Source: Auanema rhodensis
Taxonomy: Eukaryota > Animalia > Nematoda
Assembly (NCBI GenBank): GCA_964057225.1
Contig: OZ059898.1
Location: 14,322,001 to 14,386,000, forward strand
DNA length: 64,000 nucleotides
Direction: 5' to 3'
Shown: piece by piece, positions 40,310 to 53,900 of the stretch
Position numbering within the stretch: position 1 is the stretch's first letter
Layout: every line of letters starts with the position of its first letter
The notes under the pieces: generated by a model
What the model was told of the DNA's origin: nothing
Seen by the model: only the letters and a program-made list of their open reading frames with translations
Databases searched by the model: none
Translations under genes and position numbers: made by a program

Positions 40310-42616
40310 AAAGGAAGAGGATATGATAGATATGATGATTGAGAGAAATTCGATAGAATATCAAAGTTTTTACATATGTTAAGCTGAAATCATGAAAACT
40401 AAATCTCATTCAATCCGGAAAATATGTATCATCCACTATGAATAATTATTAATAAAATATATATTTTAAATAAAATAGCTTAACTAAAAGATTAGCATAT
40501 GCGAATAATACTGAAATCAAGCACAAATTTTGAAGCATGGAAATGCTGATGTGCTATATGATGTAACTTTTAAAGTTCAGCAAATGATCATCAGAAGTTG
40601 GTCATGATGATCTATCAATTTATTGCTTGTCAAAGATAATAAAAATAGAGAAAAAAGATTCAATAATGTAAAGTTCATGTATGTTTCTTAATTGAAGTAA
40701 TAGCTTATCAATAGTCTTAATATAGGTTATGAATAATAGATGAATACATCACATAAAATATAGAGAAATAGACACAGAGAGAAAGAGAGAGAAAGAAATA
40801 AAAAGAAAAAACATGATTGAACAACCGCTCAACCGCATCTTATTTTTAGAAAAAGAAATTGAGAAAAGCTCATCCTTCCACGCGTCACACGTGATTGTCA
40901 AATAGCTCGTATTTAAACTTCTTTATAGTCCGAATAGACTAAATAAATAATTTTTTAAAATTCAATCAAATTCGAACACATATACTGATCTTTAAAGATT
41001 TCACATGAGAGGCTTTTCTTCAAACATTATCGTACGTTGTTGGGTTTTTTTAAAGAATATATTTTAAAGAAAGAATTTTATTAAAATTTGAATTGAATTT
41101 GCAGTTTTCTAATTAAAAAAATTCAAATGTTTTTTGGAAAAAAAAATCAGACATACGTTTTATTTAATATTTTACACATAGATCATTAGAAAATCGTAAA
41201 ACTATACCTGTTTTTCTAGCATCTTGTGTTGCTTTAGATTATTCAGGAATTACAGTCAGCATCAAGCTTTACTTATAACAATATAACCAATAAGATATTT
41301 TAAAAGAAGATACTTTAGTTTAGGTGTATCACTTTTCAAATCAGATAATTTGGCCATGTTTTACGTTTCAGCTACCACGTCCAACGCTATCTTGCGTTTG
41401 AATTTCTTTTAAGCTTATATTTCAAAACTGGTAAAGAAGGTTAGTTGTTTATTAAGTTTATTATATAAACTATTATTAAAAATATAATTATTTGATAAAA
41501 TTTGTTTTACATTTTGTGATTTTTCAACATTATAAACGATATCACCGTATAGAAATACAATTTCGAATAAGAATAAAACTATTATGAATAAGGAAATTTA
41601 ACTTTTATTGGTATATAGTTGCAATATTGCCAGAAATGTTCGTCAGATTCATCTAATTATTTGAAATAAATATTTTTGTTGTTTCGAATATTTCAAATTA
41701 TCTAATATTTGAATTGATATATCCTTAGTTCTTAAGTAGTAGTTCTTACAATCTTTAGCTGTTTTCTAATTATCATCTTTTAAAAAAAGATAGCCATATC
41801 AATCAATAAATTCTAAGGAGGTAAAATGCTGGTCAAAGAGATCAAGCTTTGGCTTAAAAAGTTATTAAAATATTTTAAAACAACAAACTTTTGTATTTTT
41901 TTTTTGAAAATAATTGATGTTTGTAAGTTATGCTAATGAGCTTCCACGCAAAAATACAATTTGAATTTGAATTAAAACTTGAGTTGTGTTGATTGAGTGT
42001 AAATATATGTTTCATCGACTATTTATGAATATTACTATCTAATTCTAACCTATAAGTTGCATCTAATAGCATAGTTTCGTTAAAGTTCTAAATTTCAAGT
42101 TGTATGTTTCATCATTAGTATATGATGAGATCTTTTTCAAGTATATTGTAAATGAACTTTTGCGCAGGTTATTAAAAAATAATTTTCCTATTAAAATATA
42201 ATTATAAATGAAGAAAATATGAGATATAAAAGATTTATGTACTATAATCGTAGTAAATTTCATATACAGCTTGAGAATAGACTATAAAGCACCGCATGAA
42301 GGTCATTTCCAGTTTTGAAAACGGAAAAAAACGATGAAAATACCGCGAAAAGCTGGCATCTCCAGATAAATTAGCTCGTTTTCGAACGTTTTGACCGGTC
42401 ATTCACAAGAGTTTGTTGAGACAATTTGTATACAAACAATATGGAAGGAAAAAAACGAATAAACTATACTTATTAGGATAATTACATTGAACATGATGCA
42501 ACATATGCCCCGTGGCCATGCAAATACATGGCCATATTATAATTTTATATATAGCTATATATATATATATATATACTTATTCCAATTATTAAAAGGTAAG
42601 TTAATAATTTAAAAAA

Positions 42617-42652
<36 letters not shown>

Positions 42653-42861
42653 GGAAGGGGTTAATAGAAAGGGTAAGAGAGGGGGGGGGGGCAGTTGTCT
42701 GAATACAGGGCGGAGAGGGAAGGGGGGGGGGTGTAGGGGAGATTGAGTGATATGTTAAAATGGGAGAAAAGATCACAAAGAAATGTATATTCATGTGTTT
42801 ATATATATATATATATTTATATTATTCCTCTTCTAAGATTCATCTAATGAATGCTCATCAT

Positions 42862-44761
42862 CTATACATCTTCAACCAGTTCAACTTCATCATCGTTAAG
42901 CTCTGTTAGCTTCGACGATAACGATTCTACTGGTGGTAGGATAGGAGTATGCGGCACAACATGATCAGATTCTGTCTGTAAAATAGAAGAAACAGTTAAT
43001 GAATGGGTAAAGAGATATAGTTAAACGAACCGAAGTATCTAATGTTGATGTCGGGCTATGCATAGGTGACATGTTGATTGGCGATTCAAATAACGTTGTC
43101 GTTTGAGTATTGCCATTGGTATCCATCATGTTTGAGCTAAAAAATCAATAAAATTAGAAAATGCTTGTTGAAATAGATAGGAAACCTTTCGTCACTTGTT
43201 CGGGTGGAAGAACTGAACGAACTATCATTACTGACAGTACTTGCCCAGCTCTTAGGACGTTGTCGCTCCATTTCTACGCGATGGAAATCGAGATCAGTAG
43301 CATATCGAGACTGTAAGCGATTCAGCCATCGTTCACGATGACCGGCTTCCAGGGTATCAATAGCATAGGCATCTGATTTGGCATCATCCCAAACTTCAAA
43401 TCGATTTGAGCCAGTTTTTGATGCATCACTGAATCCAAGAGAGGATGTCTGTAAGTATATGAATGATTTTTCAATAATAAATAAGAATAGAACATACAGG
43501 AATACACATTTTGTGTTCGTAGTATTCAGGGTCCATTTGAGAAGGTTGACTGTTTGGTGGGCTTCGTTTCTTACAGAACAGAAGGCCACCGTCAAAGAGG
43601 AAGAGATGTCTACGTTGCGCTCTTGTAACTTTCGTCTTCTTCTTGCGATTGTACGTATAGACATCACATTCAGATTGTAATCTTAAAGCTCCCAATAACC
43701 TCAAATCTCCCTAAAACATAAGAAACATTAGCTTTAAATATATGGAAAATCTAGTGAAACTGCTTCATATAATCAGAAAACACTTACGTTAAAACCGGAA
43801 ATGTGTAGTTGGTGAATGGCAGCATTAATCTGAGCTAAAAGCTCCAGCATTGTGGCCAGTGTAGATGACACTTCCGGTCGTACCTGTAAAATTTTAAAAT
43901 CACTGACTAATAAGGACTAAATGATATTAAGCATGCTGCAATATAATTTAGCTGAAACATACCTCAGGTCGACAATGTCTTTCAAGTTCGCGTAGCAACA
44001 ACTGATATTTGGTTATTCTTTGTACAGGCTTCAGGAGATAAGCACTAAGAGGTAATGGATGATTGGCTTTCTGTTGACATTCCTGCAAAAAACATATTTT
44101 TGTGATTGATACTAGATAGTTGAAGTGGTCTTACCGCGAAAAATGGTGAATTATCTACATATTCTCTGCGCACTTGCTCACTCGTTGATTTGTTTTGACA
44201 ATATGAGTAGTACAGTGAGAGGTATCTGTAGAAAGGACATCATGCTTGAGTTCTCTAACGGATTCATTAAGTTACATACCTGTGTCGTTGTTGTAAGAAT
44301 GTTCTACAGATTCCAGAAGGCGAATTCTCATTGGCAAGAAGGTCGGGCAAGACAAATCGGGAATGAAAGAGATGTAGGTCACGCAAGTTTCCTGAAAGTA
44401 ATTCGTGAGCTTTTAAAAGAAATTGAGTCTTTGAGTTTTTCGTCCCCATATTATAAATCATCTTTCAAATTTACGATAAAATTAGAAAATATATTGAGCA
44501 CATACAAACAGAAGAACAAGATAATTGCGGAACGGAAAGAGATAGAGAAATAAAGAGTAAAATATGAAGAGAAAGAGGAAAAGACAAGACATGGAGGACA
44601 TCCTATGTTGCAACTTCGAGACCACCTCATTCCACTTCTCCCCCAATCGTTAGGTGTATGATTTTATATTCCACTTTTCAATTTCTTTAGCCAACGGTCG
44701 AAGATGATTAACCACAATCAGTTGTTGATAAGTTAAGGTGTTCAGAGGTGAATAGAGAATG

Positions 44762-44823
<62 letters not shown>

Positions 44824-46114
44824 TAGTAGTAAAGATGAGCACCAGATGAGAGTCAAAATAAATTCAAAAAACTACTCAAAATATTAAAGAAAGAGACTGT
44901 GAGAGAATTTAGGAAAAAATAAGCATATTTACTGAAAAAAAAAACATGATAAACATAACTAACCGAAAACTAGCTCAGGACGTCCACGAATAGCGGGTGC
45001 CAAGGCATTTTGATTTTCTGGAGCTTCAAACGGATCCATATAGTATTCGATGATTGATTCCAGCTCAACCACATAGTTTTTCTCCGTTGTTAACTGAAAA
45101 ACAAAAAAAAACATTAAATTATATATTAAATTGTATAAACTATGTTTAATCTTGAAAATAAGGTGTAGAAATTAAATAAAATAACAAAAAAACTAGATGA
45201 TCATGAGATCTATGCTGTTCTAAGCGCGCGCGAGAGAGAGAGAGATGGTAAACTCAAATTCTTCGAATAGTTTAGGTTGTTTGTCATGCTTCATAATTTT
45301 TCCTTTATCGGTTTACGATATATGAGATCAATTCAGAGCATAAACCCATTACCGGCTACCTCTTACCTTCAGCCCCTCCCTATCTCCCGTTTCTTCTCTC
45401 TCTCTCCTCTTCTTCTTCTTTCTCTTATGCGCATGTTGTACCTCGTATACCAAAACGGCTGTTGCAGACTTTCCTAACTAGGCTCATGTACCTATCAGGT
45501 TCCCTTTCATTGGCTTTTGTCACCTTTTATGTATTTAGGGGCTATTACCAGCCAAATTAGCATATAAATACTATAAAACGTATAAAATCACCATATTGTG
45601 CCTATTTCTGGCCATCTTTAACAAGGCTGTATAGACTATGCCATCCAAATTTTTGAATCCATTTTGCTTTCGTAAAACTGATTTACTTCTTTTTTATTTA
45701 TTTTCATATTGAATAAGCCCATGTTTATACTTAATATGTTGATCATTCTCTTTCTTTTTTTAATGTTTCTCTCTATATAATGCTTACAACATGTCAAATG
45801 ATCATCGATGACTTGATCAAAATAACAGGATCTCCTAATGAAGAAGGAAAATATGAAGAAGAAGAAGATGAGTATTGATTGTGAAAGTATTCGAATGAAA
45901 CATAGCTTCTGTTTCAGAATCATGTAATCAACATTAAATATCAAAAACCTTTTAGCCTTAAGCTCAAATGAGATTGAAGAAAGAGTTCAATAAAATATAG
46001 AGATTAAGAAGTTTCATCATGTTAAGAAAAACTGAATGTTTAGGAGAAAAGTCAAAGAGTTAAGGAAAAGGAAAAAAGCAAAGCGGATTAAGGTAATACA
46101 GAGAGTGCAACAAC

Positions 46115-46149
<35 letters not shown>

Positions 46150-47868
46150 AGAAGCAGGGAGGGTGAGCCGGTTGCGACCAAGGTTAGCTGCTGACGACAA
46201 CGGCGACTCGAGACGCGAAAAATAAACAAAATCAGAAGCACACAGGCAATTTCGAACAATGCAGCTACAGATTATTAAAGATTTTTTCCTTCTTATACTG
46301 TCACATCGTTTAATCTGGTAACAGTTCGAATACAAACAAAGAGTTAACTTGTAGACTAATAGAATGGTATTTTAGAAAAAGGTGTTGAAAATACGGACAC
46401 TGACAGCCCCCAGACGGAAGAAATAAATTTTTTTCAATTCTTGATTTAACTCTCAAACTTTCGCCGCGCTTATCGCGTATACCTTAGATTCGAAGCTTAT
46501 TACGTTTGGGTGAAACATACATAATACTTGAAAATTTTTTTAAAAACTAACCAATTCGGAAAGTACGAAACATTCAATGGACATGCTATGAGCAGATTGT
46601 GGAGACGATGAGACAGAAGGAACATCAGCTGAGCACATTAGTCTTCCGGCAGTATCATCTTCGAGATCACGCTGAAAATAATATAAATGAATTCAAATAA
46701 TTTAAATATAAATCATGAGAAACACGTGATTTTTGAAGGGAAAAAAACTATTTTTCATCTAAATATCATATTGAAGAAAGGCTGAATATCGTACGATTCT
46801 TCTTCTCACTTGTTGCTAAGTGATTTTCATTCTCATTGTCTGTCTCTCACTTTATTTGGTTTTTTTTGCTTCAATTTCATGCTTTTCTTCGGTAAAAAAA
46901 AAACAGAAAAAGAAAACATTTTGTTGAACGAAAACCTTTGATTTTCAAGCTTTCGAAAGAAAAGCTATTATCTTAAGCTTTTTTTTCCAATTTTATTGAG
47001 CCAATCGTACTTGTTGTTGTAATAGTTAAGAGTCCAGATTGAATTTAAAATAGTTAATCTCCTAACATAGTTTCAAATCAACATTAAGTGCTGAATAAGC
47101 TATAGAAAAAGCTCTATGTATGAGTGTATGTATGTATGTATGTGTGTGTGCATAGTCATATATACCCAACAAGCCTAGATAAGGCTTGTTGAAGTGAAAA
47201 ACGGACTGTTACATAGAGATTATTGTAGAATATAAAGAGAATTCATTCAAATTTATACGAGAAAACATGAAAAGGAGAAGAAGAACAAGCTGTTTTACAT
47301 AATTTCATAATTCAATTATACCAGGAAAAAAAAAGAAAAAACTGCTATCGGAATCTATGAATATGCAGCAGATGCAGTAGGATTAGCAGCAAAGCTAACG
47401 AGTAAGATGGCTGAGAGACACAAGTGCGACAATCGTTGGAGCAATAGCATAGATCAGGCTCTTGCTCCCATATAAGTCATTCATTTTCTTTACTCACCTT
47501 ATGATGATTAGATGATAATAAAGCATGAAGTAGACGATATTGATTGATGAAATGGTCAATCCAACGTTGACGATAGAGTTGCACAGTCAATGTCATGTAG
47601 AAGAGGAAGGATTTTCATACAAAAGAGTTGCAATATTCTTCAGAATCTATTGAAAAGATACAAGTAGATTTGAGGACAAATTTCTGATCAAAACTGAACA
47701 ACTCTTCTATCACTCTCTGTTCCTCTCTCTGTATAGGGGAGGTTCAGAGGCGGGGCATGTTCTCTGTGAGAGAACGAAACAGATAGTAAGGTGGCACAGC
47801 TGAGAGAAAACATGGAAGAAAGGGTGTAGACATAGAGAGAGAAAAATATATAAAGAGATAGAGAGAGA

Positions 47869-47903
<35 letters not shown>

Positions 47904-50900
47904 GAAAGAATAACTTCAAACGATTGTCAATTGACTGTCCGTGAGAAGATAAGCTTTTGCTTCACGTGAAAAAAAAGCAAAAAGGAATAAAACTAAGAGA
48001 GAAATGTTAGAGGAGACTTCTCTCTCTCTCTCTCCCTCTCTAGCGTTCAGCTAGAAATCAACTTGATGATTGCTCAATCATTCTCATATAAAACCTTAAC
48101 AGTTGGAGAGAAAATAAAAATTTTGAATCCCATCTCTCCTTCAAATCATCAAATTCATCTCATATCTCATAACCAATGTAAGAATTTTCTCCTTTGATTT
48201 CCAAAACAAAGACAATTCAACCAGTTTTTTCTTCAAATACTTTTCTAAAATAGTCTGTTCGAATAAAACCATATTACAAAGACATGAACAGTCAGAAAAG
48301 GACATATATAGCCAATCCAGTTAAAGCTTTAACGAAGCTCAACATTGACAGTAACTTTCAAAGAATTATAACTAATATTTCTTTTTTTTTTGAAAAATGA
48401 TGAAGATGATCTAGTTCAATGTCGAAAGAAACTTTACAAGTTTGACAATTGGCTGCAAGAATGCTTTGGGAAGTGAGAGATTTTCATGAAATTGCTTGAA
48501 TTTTCTGAATGAAAACGAAAAGATGAATACGAAGCAGCAGGAAGGAGAATGCTTCTCAATTTATTTTTCAAAGTATAGATTATTGAAACATCATGAGATC
48601 GTGCAAGCTATGATAGTCAGTCAGTCAGTCAACCCATTTTCTAAAACCAAGGTGGAATTAAGAGAGAGAGGACGAGAGATTGAGCAAAACAGAGAGAACG
48701 AGACAGAGAGAGAGATTGTCCTTGAATGGAATCGATGACAGTTTTCTAATTTATGAATCCACTATCTACACAGAAAGGAAGACATCTGCCAAATAATCTG
48801 ACCAGGCTTCTTCATTTCAATGTCGCTCCCTAGTTCTCACTGTGAGACTAAGCATGTGCATGTTCTATCTGTTTATCTCTCTATCTCACCTACTTACATC
48901 ATCAAACTTCCTATCTCTCAGCAATCAGCTTCTCCAAACATCATAATCAGGCCAACAATTTTTTTCCACTGAACCTGATATTATCAAGATTATCTTTTTG
49001 GCAGAGGCTGTTGGGCTAAATGACATACAGACACTGGCTGACTGACTAGTTGAGACTGAATAGCTAGTTGATGATGAGAAACTGAGAAAAAGGTCGCCGG
49101 GCTGATTGCAATAGCCCAAAAACCCTCTGGCATTTTCATATGTTAACATGGTGAAAGCGAGAAAACTTAATTCATATTCGATTATAGAAAGTTGTTTGTT
49201 GTAAAAAGGGGGAAATTAATCAAGCACTATCTCATATATAGAAGATAGGCAATTCGAACATGATATTCTGGTATTAAGTTGGATATATATCATAAGAAAT
49301 GTAAAAAAAAAGACAAAAAAATGGACCAAAAGCTGGTCGTTTATTCACTTCTTTTTCATTTTTTCGTATGTTTTTCCCAGGTCTTCTCATCTTTCAGCCA
49401 GCCTCACCACCACCTTTTTCCCTCTCCCCAGCATAGAGTGAGAATATTGGCATGAGGAAGGAAAGCTGAAAGCAAGCAACAACGAACTTTTTGAATTTTC
49501 AGTTAGTATTTCGTATGAAGCAAATCATCTCCCACATGGTCTTCAGACAATTTTTTTACCACCCATTTCTTTCTTGGACAAATGCCAGAAAATGACATTT
49601 GTAATTAGTGAAGAAGGAAGAAGAATTGTTGGCTTGTTCATGGTCATCCATGAGAATAATAGCTCCAACAAGAAAATTTTAGTCAAAATATCGTGGTAAT
49701 TAGCACATGTTTGACAGAAGTTAGCAAAAACCTCGAAAAATCAGTTGAAACGCTAATTAACGGGTATTTTCCATTTCAGTTCATTCTCTTTTTCTCTCTC
49801 TCTATTTTGCATCAATGTCTCTCGAATCTGTGTGGCCATATAGTCAGATAGGACGCCAAGGGTGATGAAGATCATCATCTTCGAATTCGATACCGTTGCA
49901 ACTACTACAAGGTCACAATCGATGGTGATCGATGGCAAAGCCTTCAATTTTGATAATTCTGAGGAAATATTTGATATCTAGATAGATGATGTTCGATTAT
50001 CAATGATCACATAGCTTGTTTTACATAGAAAAACAAACTGAAAGATGATACAATAACAAGGAACATATCAAGTGATAGAGGAAGTAAATGAGAGAAAGAG
50101 AGAGAGAGAGAGAAAGAGAGAAAGAGAGAGAGGGGGCAACGCGTTCAGAATTCCATGAAAGAAGTCTTTCACCCATTCTCTTCAAACTCATTGGCTACTA
50201 AACGATTAGTTGAAAAGGGAATAACTCTGATATAACCAACCAACCAAACCAATCATAAAGATCATAAGACAGTATAAGATCACCTTATAATCTGTTTTAT
50301 ATGAAATTCTTTTGAAATTCTACGCACTCATGTTATATGGATTACTATTCAAGCTAGAAAGATTATCTTTTTGAACGAATAAAAGAGCGAAAAGTAAGGA
50401 GAATGGTGTGAAAGACCGTCTGTTTTGACGTCAGAAAACCGTCGTTTCGACAACGCCGTCAGCGATGTCAAGAGCCCAAAACAAATACAAGTTTTAAGCC
50501 TAAGTGGTTACAGGCTCAAGCTGAATTAAGAGCACAAAAAATTGCTAAACTCATTCATTTTCTTCTTCTCTTTGTCCAATAATAACCAACATACTAAGCG
50601 TAAATACAAAGTTCACCCTCATAATGACTTGGAGAATTGAGGGTTTCCCCTTCTGATTTCTCCAGCTTATTCTAATTCTTCTCAAACGTATTTTCTTTCT
50701 CGAATCATTTTCCCCATCTTAGTATTCTTACATCAATCCAAAACATTTGATGAATATGGTTCGGCCGTTAGCTCAAGATTTGACTAAGCAACAGTCGATG
50801 TCCCCCCCCCCTTTTTGATACAAATATTGGGGACAATATGCAAGTAATTTCAGAATCTATAGTTACATTATCGTTGTTATATAGAAGAAAAGAAAGACAA

Positions 50901-53900
50901 TTTGGTGATAAACTTCAAGTCAAACAGAGAAAATGAGACCATAAAAGGCGCGAAATAGACCTCCGATGGTCATAACATTAGTAACGAAAAGTCGCAAAGT
51001 GATTGAAATGAACTACACAATACTTCAAACACAGTTTGAGAAGGAGGACAGACATATGGGAGAACTTGAAAAACTTTTTTTTTTCCACGAAAATGATGAA
51101 AAAACTGCTGCAAAATGAAAATTAAACAAATGAAAAGTGGGGATGAATGACAAGCAACTCATAATTGTCTTTATTAGCTCTAATCAAGCTGATTGTAAAA
51201 GCTCAATGAACGGCAAATCGACTCAATTGTGCAGTCAGCTTGCTACAACTACTTCTGTTGCTCCAAAAGCTGACTGTGGGAGAGAGAGAGAGAGAGAGAG
51301 AGAAGAAGAAAGACAAGTAAGTTCATTACATTGAGATTCACTAATAGCTGCTTGTCTACTTGACCAAACGATATGGTATCAGGTCTTATGTTCATTCTCA
51401 TTTAGAAAGACAAGATGAGGGGTTGCAGAATGTTGGATGAAAAAGGAAAAGTAGAAGAGGCTGATGAGATGAACGAATAGTCATCGTCTTCGTTTGTATT
51501 TAGAAAAAGACATAGTAAGCATATCCAAATAAGAAAGAAAACAAGATGAAGTCTGATGATTAGAAGACAGTAAATCAACTATGTATTGAATGTAATAGAA
51601 GAAGAAGAAGAAGCAGATGATGATTATGGTAAAAGATGTTGATTATGAAGCTAAAAATCAAAAAAAAGCTAAGAAAAACAGAAATAAATAATTAGTTCAA
51701 ATGACTGTAGAGGATGGAAAGATTGATAGAAATCAAAATACATAAATAACATTGATATTCATGCTATAATTGTCCAGAATAACTATTAGAAAATGGACAT
51801 AAACAGTGCAAAAAGTATGAAATGAATTAACTAACCATGTCGAAATCATTGAGAAGCATATTGTTGTTGTTGGTATTGTTGTTGTTGTTGTTGTTGTTTA
51901 AGTTGTTGCTTTGTTCGCATATTAGCGAAGCAGAAGACGAATGAACGAGACGTCGTTTAGAACGACGAAATGATAGAAAGCGAGGTAGGGACCTCTTCAT
52001 CTCTCTGCTAATATGATGTGATTAGGGTTACGAGCGAAATACTATACTGATTATACGACATATATTGTTAAGGAGAAAAAAAATCTTTTGAAGTGAAAAG
52101 CAAAAAGTTGATGATAGGTCTTGGTATAAGCTGTAGAAGTATTGGTAGAAACGACGACAGTATGAACATCAAAGATTGCGATTGGAAAGAAAAGTGAAGT
52201 GAAAAATTGAATTGCACAAAGATACGAGCTGGTTATTGCTCCGAAGCCGATGGATGAAGGAAGATGGGAGAGAAGGCAAAAGCTGATAAACAGTGGCCAG
52301 TAAATTGAAGATAATTCGAATGATGTTGATAATGATGTGAAGGACGACAACGAATGCGACAGTCATGACATTGTGGACTTGCAGCAGCACAAAGAGCAAC
52401 GATCTTCTTCGGAGCATATTGAGTTCTCGACATCAGAGCTCTGAGAAGTACACGTTCTGCAGCACGTATGCTGTAGATGCCCCTGTGTGACCGTATTATG
52501 AGGCTAAATGCATCTCCATCACACACAAAGCATGATGACATTCCGTGTTGTTAGCTCATTTACATGAGGATTAGAGATGATGTTACACGAGATAGCAACA
52601 GGTGGTAATAGGTTTGGCCTTAGAAAAGGAAATATTTTTGTAGAAAATAAAAGTTAATGACATATAGTTACGAGACTATTATAGTTAAGATAGAAGATGA
52701 ATACATTGAAAGAATACTATATGTATTATAAGATTATGAAGAGAAAAGGGGTATGTCATGACAAAAAAATGTGAAAAAAGGAAGAATATTGACTATAAAT
52801 AGAAAAAAAAAGAAAAGAAAAATACAATATAAGAGAGAGGGTAGAATGAAATAGAGAGAAAAAGACTAAAGTAGAGAAAGAGAGAGAGAAAGAGAGAGAA
52901 ATACATGATTTTTTCTGATCGAATTGAGGTAGTTCATTATCGATTTGGATCGAAAGAAAAGGAAAAAAAAAGATTTTTCTGTTGCCAATAGCAAGAGTAC
53001 ATGACTTATTCCCAAATACGGTGAGTTGTGTCCAGAAATTAACGGCAAAATGAATGAAAAAAGGTTTTTTTTTAATTTTTGTCTTTAAAGACAATAATAG
53101 ATTGAATGATTTCATTTGGAAGACAAAAGTAATGGAAAAGAGAAGGAGGGAGAGGAGAGAAGGCAAGAAGAAGGGTGGTTGGGGAGCTCTTGATGGTTCG
53201 CTCGCTTGTTTCTCTCATTATTTCTCTGCAAATTTCATCAAATAACATTTGATAAAAGGAACTTTTTGTTGTTTTACTGCGAAATATTGTTCGAGAACAG
53301 ATGGTTTTTAGTTCAAAATCTTGAAGATGATGCAACTGTGTTGTTCAAAATTTGGTCAAAATTGAACATGACAACATGGCGATGATGATGATGATGATGA
53401 TGATATTAAGGAAAAATGAGAAAACTATTCAGAATATACCTTCTTAGATGCAGTTTTCCACTTATGAAACATGGTATTTGGAGAAGAAGAATCAAAAGTG
53501 AGAAAAGCGAAGAACTTGGGCAAAAGCTTGCGACGAAGGTTTTTTTTTCAAAAAACCTTTCTCTCCCCTCTGCTTATGAAGACGAGAAAAATGAGGGAAA
53601 AAGCAACATTTACAGGAATGAGTGAAGAAAGAGAAGCAGATTAGACTGATGAGGTGAGGTCTAAATGAACGGTAGCAAAGAGAGAATTACAGAAGAAACA
53701 GGAGATGAGATAGAAAAAAAAGGAAAAGAAGAAGATTAGACAGGTCTAAGTATGACAAAATGAAAATAGAGGAAAAGTTTCTTTTTCTCGTCTAAAAAGC
53801 ACCTTAGGCCAGCTGATGACGGAAAAGATCTAAAAGCCAACTAAATGGAAAGAAAATGTGAACATAGAGGAATAAAGGCGCGTCGTTGGGAATACAAAAA

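Noticed and set aside
40019-40409. RERE/SLSL low-complexity ORFs here and throughout 44-61 kb, including the 203-aa ORF at 55641-56252
   Set aside because: These are translations of (GA)n microsatellites and purine-skewed intron sequence.
47167-47191. Perfect 10-bp hairpin CAACAAGCCT-AGATA-AGGCTTGTTG with telomere-like GCCTA/TAAGGC halves
   Set aside because: Considered as a Helitron end or a DNA-elimination site, but there is no CTRR terminus, no telomere array, and it lies inside an intron of an intact gene.
52981-52995. X-box-like GTTGCCAATAGCAAG
   Set aside because: Atypical spacer and 3' half-site, about 1 kb from the nearest ATG, and the host is not a known ciliary gene.
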